The notes beneath the pieces were generated by a model. The model saw nothing but the letters and a program-made list of their open reading frames with translations. It had not been told where the DNA came from and searched no databases. From positions 957,957 through 995,270 of the forward strand of contig NW_002060961.1 in the NCBI RefSeq assembly GCF_000150275.1: a stretch of 37,314 nucleotides of DNA, read 5' to 3'. The translations under genes and the position numbers were made by a program. This document shows positions 23,201 to 37,147 of the stretch, piece after piece (the stretch's first letter is position 1; each line of letters begins with the position of its first letter). This stretch comes from Trichoplax adhaerens (Eukaryota > Animalia > Placozoa).

Positions 23201-26200
23201 TTCGTATAATTTTTCTCTAACTTGCTGCTCCTCACACTCAATTTCTTTCTTTTGACTTTCCAATAAATGGACTGTTTTTAAAGCCTCCTGATAATTCTGA
23301 TATGCCTGCTGCAGCTGCAAGAGTCGGTAAATGAGAAAGAATATTCTCACAATTCAAGCTGGAATGGGCTGCGAATTGACTGTTAGCATAAACTAATTAG
23401 ATGCTCCGTACGAGTTTTTCTTCATCGTTAATTTCTTCTTGGCATGTTTGCAATTCTTTTTCCTAATACAAATTCATGAGAAACAATAATATGCATACGA
23501 GTCGATTCTAATTCAATAATTATCCATCAACTGCATGCATATTCTATCTTACTAATTCTGAGCTGTCTTCTTGCACAAATTCCGTACTTTTAATGTCTTC
23601 TATTTCCTTTTTAGTCGTAGGTTAGTTATGTTATAAAGTTAAATGAAAATGGATTTAATGTTCTTATACACAGCTGATTACCATGGAAAAGCTTACATTT
23701 TGTAATTCTTGAGTTTTATCTTGACAGGCTAACATAGCATCGCATATTGAAGCTAATTCTTCCTGTAGTTTTAGAAAAGAAATATCTATCATCATGCAGC
23801 AATCTCGTGAAAAAAGTATTGCATTCAGTGTACTATACCTTTTGAACTGAAATGACATTGGTAGTAAACTGGAATTGAAACTGTGATTTAGTAATAATTT
23901 GATTTATTTTCTCGGTTCGTTCCCTGCGTTTGCTATCATTAAACATACCAGAGAGTTGTTTAAGTTCATCCTTTATACATAATAATTTTGATATCTTATT
24001 TATACAAAATAATTCCGATATCGCATTAGGATACCATTAGCACTTGATATACATCACTGAGCTAAGAAGATTTTATAACCTATCTTAAAGTTATATATAA
24101 AAATCTTAGAATGATCTGGAATAAAGCTCAGATAGGTGACCATGCAGGTGAAAATAGGAATACAAACTATCAGGGCATAGCAACATTTACTATCCATCAA
24201 GATCGATGCATGGCAATGCAAGATTGTAATCTAAGTGATATTGGCTTTACTATTTCCGTTTTGCATATTTATTCCACATAAATGAAGGGTCTAACCAATT
24301 ACCTATCGCAAGATAAGAGCTAAAATCTAAATCTATCGCTCAACAATCTAATTTTGGTTTTTTAGAAAATATTGAATCTCTAATATCGGCTATTGTAAAC
24401 ACATGAATAACTTTATATGCTATTGCAAATGACAGATGGTCATTGCAAGTTTCAGAGTTGTGTATAAATCAATCGTTGTTGATGATATGAAGCAAGAAAC
24501 AATATTGCTATTAGAAGCAACGATTATGGGATATTAATATTTTCTATTGGGATGGGGTAGACAAACAGGGTTGGAGCAATTTCGTTTTTGCTTTAGCTTT
24601 CCGATTTAGGGTAAACTAAGCTAAGGGTTTGATACATTAAGCAAATAATCAAATTCGGTCGGTCTACTGAGCAAGAAGAGTAGCTTAGCATTTAAAGTTG
24701 ATCGTAGAATAAAGATCTTGAAACCGCTTGGTTATCCTTTCATGAATTTTTCTACTTACTTAATTTCTTGCTGAACATCTTCAATTAGATAATCAATATG
24801 GGGGCGAGTATTGGAATAGCATCGATGATTTTTGCCGACTTCAATGCTATCCCCAGTAAGTGTATAAGCCTAAATAGACCCAAAGATACAAATAGTAAAT
24901 GGGATTTCTTTGATTCAAACAGATTTAATGATTTTTAGACACAAAGATATGAATAGCAAATGAGAATTTCCTTAATTTAAAGTAATTTTTAAAGGTTTAA
25001 CTCATAATACCACTTTCTTAATTCATGAAAGTGGACGGAAAAGATAGCTTAAATTTAGCCTACCGACCTGGAGCTGGTGTGCTTGTTGCTGGCACATAAA
25101 TGCTCTGGCTTCTTGGCTACTTTCAATCAAGAGAGTTCTTTCGATTTGTTTCTGTTCGTGAATTAGAATATCAAAATTGAGCTTCGGAATATTAGAACTT
25201 CAAAGTGTTGAGTGAATAAAGAAGAAAAATGTTTCCGTCTTTTAAATTACAACTAAAATTGAAGTAGTTTAGGAAGCTGTTAAAGCTTCCAACTTTTCAA
25301 GAAATGCTACCATCCAACCAGCATTCGATGGTATGGCCAAAATTGAAATAATTAAGCAAGCTTTTAAAACTTCAATTTTTCAATAAATGCTACCATCTAA
25401 TGGCGATTCGATGATGCAGCTAAAATTGATATAATTTAGCAAGCTGGCAAAAGTTGAAGCTTTTTGATAAATGGTAACATCTAACGATGATTCGATGATG
25501 CAGCTAAAATTGAAATAATTTAGCAGGCAGGCAAAAGCTTCAACTTTTCATTAAATGCTACCATCCAACGATGATTCGATAATACTGCATTTTACAGCTG
25601 TCGCTTTAATCATGAAACCGCTCGTACTATTCTAGTACTACTGGCACGACAAATGAATATTTTTTCACCATTAAAATGACAAGAGTATCCTTGTCTATTT
25701 TAAGGATTACAATTATTCGACCGTGAAATCATTACCTGATCAATCAGACAATTGGTTATATTACAATTTTCCGCAATTAGCATATCCAACACTGTCTTAT
25801 AAAGACCCTGTCCTTCCTGCAATGATAGTTAATAAGCAAAGACGATAGAATTCAAATGCGTTTTACAGCAATGCCTCTCCTAACTAGCCATGCCGCCATT
25901 CAGTAGCTATTCTCTTTCTAAGGCAAATGAAACTTATAATGATAATTTACACCATCATCCATTCCAACTCATCTTACCGTAGTCGGGATATCATATGGCT
26001 TATCCTAGTTGAAAATGGCGAAATGAAATTACAGTGTAGACGTGTTAAATTGATTTTTTAGTTTAACAGAATAGATATTATAAACCTCTACCTGATAGCG
26101 ACAAACGATAACGGTTGGATACTTGGCGATTTTCATCTTTCGACAGACCTCTTTTAAAAGTTTGGCATCGTGGAAATTATGGCAGAGGAACGAAGTCAAG

Positions 26201-29200
26201 GCTCTACCAAGGCATCGCTCAATGGCTAAATTCCATTTTGGATCTCGAGTAGCAATATGGTAGCCTATCCATGACAAATCAAAGAAATTGATGACTAAAC
26301 TGTCTCTAACTTTCTTCCATAACTACGAAATTACCGCTATCACTTTCTAAACTAGTCAGGAACTATTTCTCTATCTCTGTCCTATAAGCAACAAGATTTT
26401 CATGGCGATACCTAGTGGCCCATATGGATTCCTGTGAAATTGTCCACGTTGTTTCATTTCATGCAAATGGCGGATTAATTCTGGCATATAACTGCCATAA
26501 ATAGCTAGTCTATTCCAGCGAGATGCTTTCAATCTGCCAGTTTCCTTTTCTAAATCGTTCAATTCCTGTTGCTGCATAGCAATATCTAACCTAGCCAAGT
26601 AATAAATTCATTTCTTATCCAATCCAAGGTTTCATTTTAATCTCAGTAAATGTTATTTCGTATGATGTATATCAAAAATTGATCTACTAAGTACTGTAGT
26701 TGATTGAGTTGATCCTTTTCGGCTTTAATTTCTTCCGATAGTTGCAATTTTCGCTGAGCATAACTAGATAATGCTGACTTCTGGCCAGAAAGTTCTTTTT
26801 CGAGTAAGGCAAATTGCTTACCTGCCTGCCCTAATAGCCTTCTACAATCAACAAGTCCAGTAGAGGTAATAGATCAATTCGATATTTTATTAGCTTATGG
26901 TTATTTTTTGAGTGATTTATAGCCAATGGCAACAGTTCACTCTTCCATAATATTCTCACTTTTGATTGATTTCGTTAAATTTAGTCTCTAGGCCATAGTA
27001 AGTGTTTTTTAAATGATCGACATTACACTTGATAGATTCATACTTTTGCTAGTGAAGGGATGGTCAAGGAATTAAGAATCATTCCAGACGTAAAGTTATC
27101 CATTGAAATCGTTAGTATTCTATCCTTTCCTGTTTTAATGGACTCTACAAAGTGTTTACTAGTTATTACCTTCAAATTGCATTCGTCTCCTTTGGCACAA
27201 TTATGTTCCTTCAAGAAGTCTTCTTTGCAAAGTTGAAGATGGCTCAATCGGTCGATTAATCGATTCAGTTCTCGTTCTAGCGCTTCTTTATCCCTTTGGC
27301 AATCTTGTGTATATTTCTATAACGGGATTTAAGTATTTATTAAATTGAATTTTGTTTTAGGATACAAATTAAAATTTAGATAGAATATTCTTATTTTTAA
27401 ACGGCTGCCACAAATATTTGCTAAAAGTATTCGTTTCTACGCCGATTGAACATACTTCAATTTCAATTAATTCTTCTTCAATTTCAGCTCGACGAGAATA
27501 AACTTGCTGAGCTTGGAATTCAATCTGTTTCAATTTCTGACAATATATGAGTTAAAAATTGTCATGACTATCATCTCGTTAATGCAGTAGTCTAACTAGC
27601 GCTTTTTGTACGATATATAAGGTAGATCAATCAATTAATTCTATTCTACCACGTTGAAAATTATTCCTAACGAATCGATCAGATCACAAATTCTATTCTG
27701 TTATACTGAAAAACATTTTATTTGTAAAATGAAGTAAAGCTCTAATTCTATTCTGTCATAGTTAAGGCCTATAACTCATTTATCATATGAAGAAAACTTG
27801 ATCAAATAAGTATTTCATGTTATATTGGCTGAGGAACGAGTTCTAACGTTATAATAGTTAGGATTGCAATAATGCAATACTCTACCAGTGTAATTACGAA
27901 TAGCTTACATTTTCTTCTTGGTAGACGTAAGCCCAAGCTAATTCACTTTTAAGTTGGGTTAATTGCTGATTGATTTCATCAATTTGATCAAACAATTTCT
28001 GCCTTTCCATTTTTTGTTCCAAATCATCTTGGAGTTCCTTCAGAGACTAGTCGAAGCCATAATCACAAACCGCTAAATAAAATCATGAGATGAATTGAAA
28101 TAAATCATTCTCTTATCTTACCTCCTCTTCCTTATTCAAGATATCTTGCAAGATTCGTTGTGATAATTTTGCATAATTGCAATTATTAATGAGCTGAGAT
28201 AGTTGAGTACCTTTGAGGTAAAACTGATGGCAGAAGCAAACACTTAATAATATGGCGGAGGTAAAATTGCACTTTGCCAGTATACCAGGCGTTATAAGAC
28301 ATTTCTATAATAGCTTATAACAATTTAAAATTTACTATAGGATCAAAATTGTAATGGTTCTGTTATTAATTTATTTCTACAGGTTAAATTTTGACATCTT
28401 ATAGAATATGATTAAAATTATGATATCATGGAGCCATGGATCTAAACGATTGTTTATGCAAGCAGAAAGTTGTTGCCGAACTTTCATATACATGGATTTA
28501 CTGAGAATATTAAGTAATATGGAGATAAATTGAAAATTCTTATGAAGAAGTAGCTTAGATATACACTATGCTACCATTCTTTACAATGATGGAATGGTCT
28601 TTGATATGTCATTTTGAATGATACTAAATATATTGGCTATATTGCAACTCATGTTGTAGCATTTTAAGAGAAATTTTAAATTAATATGCTACCGTAATTA
28701 GTATACATTTTTTTCGTAATAAACATGGAAATAACTACTTTAGAGCTAGGAATATCTTATACTCTAGAAAGCGCTGATATTCCTTTCCGAACATTTTGAT
28801 TACTACAAGTAAATTCCATCGATTCTATTCTGATAAAGTTGTCAATATAGTTTTAAGCAAATAATATCTAGAAATGTTTTGGAATTAAACGAGTACCTGA
28901 TACATCTTGGAGGGATGATGGCTGCTTAAGAACTCTTTGCTAGCATCCTGAGTTAAAAAACAAACTGGATTATCGACTTGAATATCGAAATGGTCCAAGA
29001 TTGCCATTAGCTCCTTCTTCTCTTCAGCAACAATGAATCCTAGTAAGAAATACTGTTTAGTTCCAGTAGGATTTTCTTTATTTCAATCATCCTGCTCAAT
29101 ACCATTATTTTAAATGCATGGCCTATCCAGCTCAAGCTAGAATACGAGTAAGCTATGTACCTTTCGAAGACTTTATCTTGTAGTTTGCATGGCCATCTTG

Positions 29201-32200
29201 CCATAAATCTCTTTGAATGATGATTTTACTACCAAATTTTTCCGGATAGTAACTGTCGGAACCATCATTTGCTAAGGTTATAATAATGCGAGCGTAACTA
29301 TAATGTTGGTTTAATGATCAACCAATTTTAGTAAGGATTAAATATTTTTTAATAGCAAAATTTCAAAGTTCATTTTTGTTTAATATGATTTAATAAATAC
29401 GTAAATGAAGTCTATTAAACGAATAGCCGTATTCAAGCCTATTCTTAGTATGCAAAATGAACGTGCAATAAAATTCAAAAAATTCTTAATTAAAAGACTA
29501 ATTCTATATTCTACTCGCCACTGCTACTATCGATTTCAATAATGATTCATTTTAGTTAAAAATTGAATGCGGTCAGAATTAAGCGAAATGGGAGGAATAA
29601 AGATTTCATTTATTATAAATCTATTAACTAAAATTGAGATTATGCAAATAAATAAATTCGCTATAGCAATAATTACTCTATTAGTAATTCGACTTCCATA
29701 AATCCGATTTAAAATTAGAATTATACACGTGAATATATGATTATTTTTTCATCAGAGCAAAATCATACCAAAGATTAAACATGAAGATTCGTAGATATAC
29801 TTGTATGACATGTTGCATGATTTAAATCAAAAAAGGTCCACTATAACCTAATCTATCAGTAAAATGATCTATTAAATGCAGTTATAATCTACAAGATACC
29901 TGCTGCCTTTCTTAATTAGCCCTTTCATTGAGGTTGCTCGATTAGTTAATCGAGAGCGTCCACCCAAACCAACAATTATGCCCACCATGATTGCGCTTTT
30001 ACCACCTAGGAGTAAATGTTTGGATTTATGTAGGTTATAATTAATTGTACTAGCTAAATGGTGAGGATTGTCTCCAATGAGCAATGTGCTATTTAATTTG
30101 CCTAGTCAATATCCTATAAAAACTTTTACTACCGACGTAAATAGGAGGCAATATAAGCAACAAATCTGCCATCTGCAATATCACTTAGTATTTATTCATT
30201 AATTTAAGTCAACTTAAATCTCAATTTTGAAATTTTTATCGCTAATTCAATATAGATTAAAGTATTCCTCATGCCTGCTATGAGGGATATGAGTGAAAAC
30301 TAAGAAACCATAGTAATGTAGTTCTGTTCAAATAGGACTTACTTCCATTATTTCCAATGATAAAGTTAACATTTTTACCAAAGGTAATTTTTAAATTTTT
30401 ATGGCACATAAAATTGATTAATTGAATTTGCTGCAGTAATCCAGCTTCATTGCTAAAGCTTCCATGGTCCACTTTCTAGCATTTAGAATATAAAAATTCA
30501 ATTTCAGCAAGAATAATTAGTTAATGTTCAACTTTGATTCCTTTAAACGGAAATTAGTTATGAAGACGTAAGAATATCAAGCTATTTGGCCTTGCCTTTG
30601 ACTAAAAATCATGTAGGTTCTATATTGATTAATTTATCTAGGAACTTGCTATAAAAACCTAACCTTGACTCCATTAGCAGTTGAATTTTTAACTTTACTG
30701 GCATGATGTGTCAGGTCATCGTCAAGATTGCAGATCTATATCGCGTATATTATATGCAATATTCTATAAGTAGATATTTACACTTTAGGGTTCGCTGTGA
30801 TACGGCCAAATAGTAGCATCATCAAACCTGTAGGACATCTGCTACTGCTTTTTTCTCTTTACCCTTGCCTATCGGCTTAATTGGCTGATTGATGCGATCA
30901 CAGGCCTATGTTTGTCGTGAATGATTAGTAGTACACTCGTATATACAAGAAGTGATAAACCTAATTAGTGAATCCCTATTCAGTAGCCATCGCAGATATT
31001 CCTATCCTCGTGCTACGATTTTAGGCAAAAAAGTTCACCGGTTGTCGTAAGACTGTTTCTGGATTGCAATCTTCTGAGCTGGTGTCGCTACCATCTATTC
31101 CAATATCATCCTGTTAAATTATCAAATTAAAAATCGATCTTACAACCATCCCATAAAGTGATTCCCTTACTACGTTAAGTAGTTTATAAATAAAGCTTTA
31201 GCCATTAACCTGGCAATTGTCTTTAAGGTTAATTGTAGCCAAGCTTTTACCATTGGTGGCATTAATTTCTCCATCGGATTGATAGAAACGTGCTTTTTTG
31301 CTGATTCTACTAGAAGGTAACACATCGCTTTCCCGAAACCGCTTTTCTGGCTTAATTCTATCCGTATAATGCTGTACACGTTGTACAAAATAACTAATGG
31401 AATAGAATAAAGAAATGATACTCGAACCGACAGCTACAAATATATGACGCTTGCCACAAGACAATAATCAACTTTAAGACTCCATATAACGACTACAAGA
31501 CTTTAGTTCGTGAAATAGAAAAAAGAGACGATATTTGAACTCTTATTTGCAGATATATAACGACTGTAACAAAACGATAATCAATTTCAAGACTATATAA
31601 ATGACTACAAGATATTCCTTTTTGGAATAGAATAAAGAGATGATATTCAAACCGTTACTTGCAGATATGTAATGATTGCAAAAAGACGATAATCAACTTC
31701 AAAGACTCAATATAAATGACTGCAAGGCTTTAGTTCGTGGATTAGAATAAAGAAATGATAATCGAACCGATAGTTGCAGATATACGCTCATACAACGATT
31801 GCAACAAGAGCAAAACTAATTTTAAGACTTAATATAAATGACTACAAGACTTTAGTTTGTGGAATAGAATAAAGAAATAATACACGAACCAATAGTTGCA
31901 GATATATAACGATTGCAACAAGACCACAATCAATTTTAAGACTCAAATATAAATGATCGTAAGACATCAATTTGCGGAATAGAATAAAAAAACATGATTT
32001 GAACTGTGGTTTGCAGAAACATAACGATTACATCAAGATGATAATCAATTTCAAGAGTCAATATAAATAACTGCAAGACGATAGATAACTTTAAGACTCA
32101 AGATGTAAGACTATAGAATTTTAGTCCGTGAAACAGAATAAAGAAACGATATCCAAGCCGTTATTTGCAGATATGTAATGATGTATTAAGACCATAATCA

Positions 32201-32607
32201 ATTTGAGACTAAATAGAAATGACTGAATGACTTAATAGCTACAAGTCTTATCCCCAAATTTAATGATTTAACTTTGAAAAATCTCAAAGTCAATTTCTGC
32301 TGATCAGTTTGCAATTCTGGATATAATTAAAACTGTACATCCGCATAAATGTTGATATCCGAACGTGCGTGTATTTTACTTTTTTCCATCTAACGAGATG
32401 GCTAAGCTTTCCCTCAAATTTGATACTTTGAAAAGTAAATTGTAATCAGATGATATATTCTATTTGATCGTTGCTAATTAATTTATAATCTTAGTATGAA
32501 ATTTGCCAATTCGTTAAACTATAGCGCTGTTAAGTGATCCTTTAGAATAATACAGATTAATGAATTTACCTAAAGAAACCTCGAATATCTGTTGCATAAG
32601 ACGGCAT
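20228..32607 (-). CDS. SMC6: SMC6 paralogue A (divergent, complete, about 32 coding exons, about 1,170 aa)
   Basis: Hand-spliced frame is open throughout: INFMCH, Walker A GNNGSGKS, TNRA, Q-loop DNPVCFLTQD, FYLKGTQL, LAWAYV, hinge PYGPLG...WNLAIERCLG...NCLIDQ, signature LSGGERS, Walker B/D-loop [10 protein letters not shown] and QFIFLSPQ. Stop at 20228-20230. The first exon (32570-32607) is inferred from phase compatibility and is less certain. Confidence 0.9.
21721..22250 (-). repeat. Intronic tandem copies (102-118 bp) of the acceptor plus 5' part of SMC6-A exon 21583-21720
   Basis: On the minus strand AACAG|AATGAAATTAAGC-like text recurs, with acceptor-equivalent positions at 21721, 21839, 21941, 22058 and 22166. 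Confidence 0.85.
25255..25585. repeat. Intronic tandem repeat, about 81-bp unit, about 4 copies
   Basis: AAATGCTACCATC...ATTCGAT...AAAATTGA recurs near 25302, 25385, 25468 and 25553. Confidence 0.85.
31395..32230. repeat. Tandem repeat, about 110-125-bp unit, about 7 copies, in the inferred first intron of SMC6-A
   Basis: GAATAGAATAAAGAAATGATA...TTGCAGATAT...ATAATCAA.TT.AAGACT recurs near 31400, 31512, 31625, 31740, 31862, 31977 and 32130. Confidence 0.9.
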
Positions 32608-34077
32608 CGTTTCAAAAGATCAGTTAATCCTTTTTGCAGAGATTGACTACAGTCTGTAAATAATAATGAAAGTAAGAAATGGGAAGTGGCTTTTTAATCA
32701 AGCTAACAATTTAAAGGGGAAATGATCCTGCGACATTCTGAAATCGTAGCGCTTAATTTAAAATCAGCGTAAAAAATATCACTAATTGCATTTAAAATAC
32801 CAGTACTAGACTTTTACAGCCGTCGCAACTTGATTTTAATGCATTGATAGTAAGTTAACCTCCTTAAGTGGCTAATTTTTAAAGTTCATATCCACATTGT
32901 TGGAACAATTTTGTTAATAATTGCTTAGATCTAAAGTTCCAGTAGCGAATGAAGACTGCCTTTCGATATTCCAAGTAGTGATAATAGACAAGGAATAAAA
33001 CTTACTATTGCTTTTCCAAGATGTAAGAATACTTCGTTGCTATCAAATTAGAATAACCAAGATAGTAATTCCAGTGTCGTGACAGAACAGATCGGTTAAA
33101 ACAATTTATCCTTTCAGTGTCATAAATTTATATCCAACTCAAACTTAAATCTCATACTGTACTCGGTTAATCTCTACTACCACAACGACAGCTGATATAG
33201 TATGCCATGCTAACTCAGTGCAAATAATCCACAACATCAAACATTGACCTATTACTAACTGTAAATTTAGGACAAAAATTGGATAATAATATTTAGTCGC
33301 TTATCGCTATTAGCAATAATCTAAAATTATTTTGGGGGGTTAAGGCGATAGCTTAGTTGCACCGTCATCTAGAATGTAATGATCATCATGATCGTGGCCT
33401 CGATTTATGTTTATTAATGATTGTCGTGCTGCACATTATACAGATGCATGCCTAAACTGCTAGTAGAATACATTTGTGTATTCTATAAGACAACCATGGA
33501 CCTGCTATGCAGGTCAGTAAATCAAATCATCACATCGACAGAAACATTAACGAATAAATGAACTTTATTAGAGTTATATCAGTCGCAATAACTCCCTTAT
33601 AATCATTCATAAATCGCTTGAAAGTATCATGGTTATCACCTAGTTGACGAGTCCAAAGATTGAAATTCGTATCGGTTGTAGCAGTCATAATACTAGTATA
33701 ACGCACATTGAACAACATAATGATGTACAGTACAACAACATTGCTAGCAAGAAATTCAGCAAATGACGTCATCGCTAAATCTAGTGCAATTAATTTTAAA
33801 ACAGACAACTTTTAACCGAAGAAAGTAAATGTACAATTGTAATAAACAGTGGATATGGCTAATGTTGAATACCAAAGATTGTAAAGAACAAGTTTGTAAA
33901 AATAGGAATCTAATTTCCAGCGTATAAACTCACCTTCTACTGCCATCAACAAGCTTAAAATCAATCTAGCCTGTACAGAATTATTAAACAGTAGATAAAC
34001 AGTATAAAAGCGAACGCTTTACGGATAATAAGCATTTAACACTACAGTTTTATTTAAAATACAGAAATGGACATATT

Positions 34078-37000
34078 TCAGGACTGTCTAACTAAGCTAT
34101 CCGTAATTGGTGGTTGATTATTTTCACGTGCAGGATCTTGTAAACGGTGAATTCTGATGTTTTCCTTAAACTTTAATTTGCTAAAGATCGGTATGTAAAG
34201 GTAGAAGTTAGGCTAGAATTTTCTTTTACGTAATTAGCTTACCTGCGTAAACCATACCAATGAGTATCTGGCACAACGCTGATATGATTCCCTCACCTCA
34301 TGTTCTGTGGAGATAGAAATATAAACTGGCGACGTTTTCTTTTCGTGGCTAATTGTAGCAAAGTATCCATGCACAAATCTCGATTGACCATGTCCTGTAT
34401 AAATAGGGTAACGACTTTAAATTACGGCCATAAACTTCATAATGAAAGTTTTTATAAAAATATAGTTTTATTTACTTAGGAGAGTTAATCTACAAGTCAA
34501 CAACAACATACCATAAAAACGTCAAATTCATCTAAACATTGTAAAGGTGAATCCGTTGCTTCCCAAAGCGCGACGATAAAAGCAACGGTTGAAAATGATC
34601 GTTCACCACCTGACAATGAACCGGTGCCAGAGGTTTTTGCATTGGCAGATATCTTAACCTAAAAGTTTACGTGTCAATGAATCACAATCCAAAATGGCTA
34701 TTCCTGAACTGCACTACTATAATTATAACATACATCTAAAGATATCTTTTTTTTGTTATGATCAATCAGCATAGTACCAAGATATCCTCTTTTTGCCAAC
34801 GTTTTACCAAATGTAGTGATAATTCGTTGAGTTAAAATTTTTTGCATTCCTGTAAATAGCTTGTGTCGCTTCTTTAATTGATTGTTCAGTTGCTATCCGA
34901 AAGAAATCATCGATACAGAAACAGGTACATATTAAGAAACTAAATCTTTATCCATCAATAAGTAATATAGCTTGACAACAGTATAGAGTCTTGGTAACTA
35001 TTGACTTTTACTTACTATCCGAAAAAAATCATCACCATAGAAATATGTACATAATAAGAAACTAAAACTAACATCAATCAGTAAGAAATACAGCTTCAAT
35101 AACTTTTAGTACGGTACTGCTTGTAGTAATAGCATTTGCGTCATGACCAATTTCAATCGCACATGGAGCTACTAGCTTTGATGAGGTGAACCTGTGCCAT
35201 TTCTCGTAGCTCCAAAAGTGATAGTGCCATCAACATAGACAAATTATCCTTATCTTTGGTGTAAAAGTGAATTACCTTAGATGTACTATCAAGTATAGTA
35301 AGGTGACCGCTTTGTTCATTATACTTTTTTTTTGCAATACCGTAAGCGGCCAGAATTTCTTCACGACTACCAGTTTCTTTTTCATGGTCCCTTAAACGTT
35401 TTTTCTTTGCCTTAATTTGTTTATTCAATGTTGAAATATCTAAACTGGAATTACATCGCGTTGGAGATAACTTGAAAGCGGCTTCCTTGGACGTCTATAT
35501 GTGGTAATGAAAGTACATAAGCCCAATTGAATGGATTGAATCACTGAACTGATATATATTTTATAGACATATCTTACCTCTACGGTGTTTTCTTGATTAG
35601 AAGTAGTTTGTAATTTTTCATTTTTCTTACGATACAATTGATCAATTTTTGATTGCAATTCATTCCATTGACTATCATAACTCCTGTATTTTACTTCAAT
35701 TTCTTTACGTTTTTCCTAATTAGAAATGATTAATAATCGTTGCATAAGGGCTGTACACTGTACAGTATAGAAATAGAGTTAACCCCCAAAATTGCATACT
35801 TTAAGCAGTTTCATATCTTCCACGATCTTTTGTATCCCATTTTCGAGGTCATTTATCTGATCTTCCAATGTTGTAGCTTTTGTGGCTACGTTGCGGTATG
35901 ATACCACGAGTTTTTCTAACTAATAATCGAAATTGCTATATCAAATTAGTGGTAACATGACATTGTAGAAATAGTAAACTAGAGTTGAGACAGTAACAAG
36001 AAATTTATAATAAATTTGAACCTCTTCTTTATCTTTCTCAATTTCTTCCTCTCTGTCATGTAATTCCGTTTCCTATATATTAAGATTAGAAATTGTAGGA
36101 CTGATAAAAGAGTTTGTAATTTCCTTGTACTTTACTAAATTGTTGTTGGACTTAGATGTTGTCTTACCAATGCTGTCAAATCAGAGGCTTTGACCTCAAA
36201 CGATTGCAACTCTTGGATTTCCTGTAAGAAATAATATTAAGTCAGCCTTTATTAATTGCTACCATTACCTGTCATAAATTATGAGTCATATTTATTTACA
36301 TTCTTTAGTGAATTCATTCGGTCTTGATGATAGCTAATTGATTGGCGTATTGAATTATAGTCCGTCTGTGTTATCATCCCAATATCGATTAGTAAATGTA
36401 ATTAAACTTCAAAATATTATTCTTGTATATATATACTGTGATAAATACAAGTATAATTTAAGACCTTAATTTTATCTAAATTCCTCTGAATTGATGTCAT
36501 TTGAGCACTAGCGTTGCGAATGTCATTGTTGCAATTTTCAAAAAGCGATTTTCTACGTCTATTAAATAAAGAACGTTTATTAATTTCACGCCGACTGACA
36601 TCATAAACATCAACAACATCCTCTATTTTCATAGTGTGATAACATCTATCTACACTTTTACAATGATAAAAATTTGTAATCATCGACTGATCTATCCGTA
36701 CCTTATTTCTTCTGTTACATTTCGTACAAAATAATGAACTCCACGCCGAAAATTGGAATAATATCTGAAGTTAGCGCCGCCATAAAGATGGTCACCATTG
36801 ATTATATAGGCCTGCGTATTAAGACAACGTACATCCTAAGCACGTAGAAACAATCACTTTGAAATTTTAAATAGTTTCACTACAGTTTACAATACCTCTC
36901 TGACATTTCCAGGAACATTTCTACCTGTCAAAAAATTTATAGCTTCTTCTCGATGTTCGATAAGTAAAATGTTTTCGATTCCTTTCTATAACGTAGAAAA

Positions 37001-37147
37001 GTGATAATGTATTCAATCGAACTTACACTAAATTCATTTAATTTACAAATTCAAACAGCTTGCAGCATTACCTGATCAATAAAGCAATTTATAACATTGC
37101 TATTATTGATATCTAACGATTCTAAAACAGTTGGGTACCGACACCGC
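34078..37147 (-). CDS. SMC6: SMC6 paralogue B (canonical), 3' half from hinge to C-terminal head; the 5' part lies beyond the window end
   Basis: Exons give YPTVLESL...NCFIDQ|[10 protein letters not shown], a coiled coil, [42 protein letters not shown]|[15 protein letters not shown] and RLQDPAR. Stop at 34078-34080. Confidence 0.93.

Noticed and set aside
23765-24759. Apparent missing exon, suggesting SMC6-A is a pseudogene
   Set aside because: A 94-nt phase-2-to-0 exon exists at 23839-23932, matching SMC6-B exon 36465-36558 in length, so the frame is intact.
33530-33808. 92-aa minus-strand ORF between the SMC6 copies
   Set aside because: Non-ATG start, no recognisable motif, and it could not be spliced in frame to SMC6-A. 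It is more likely UTR or intergenic.
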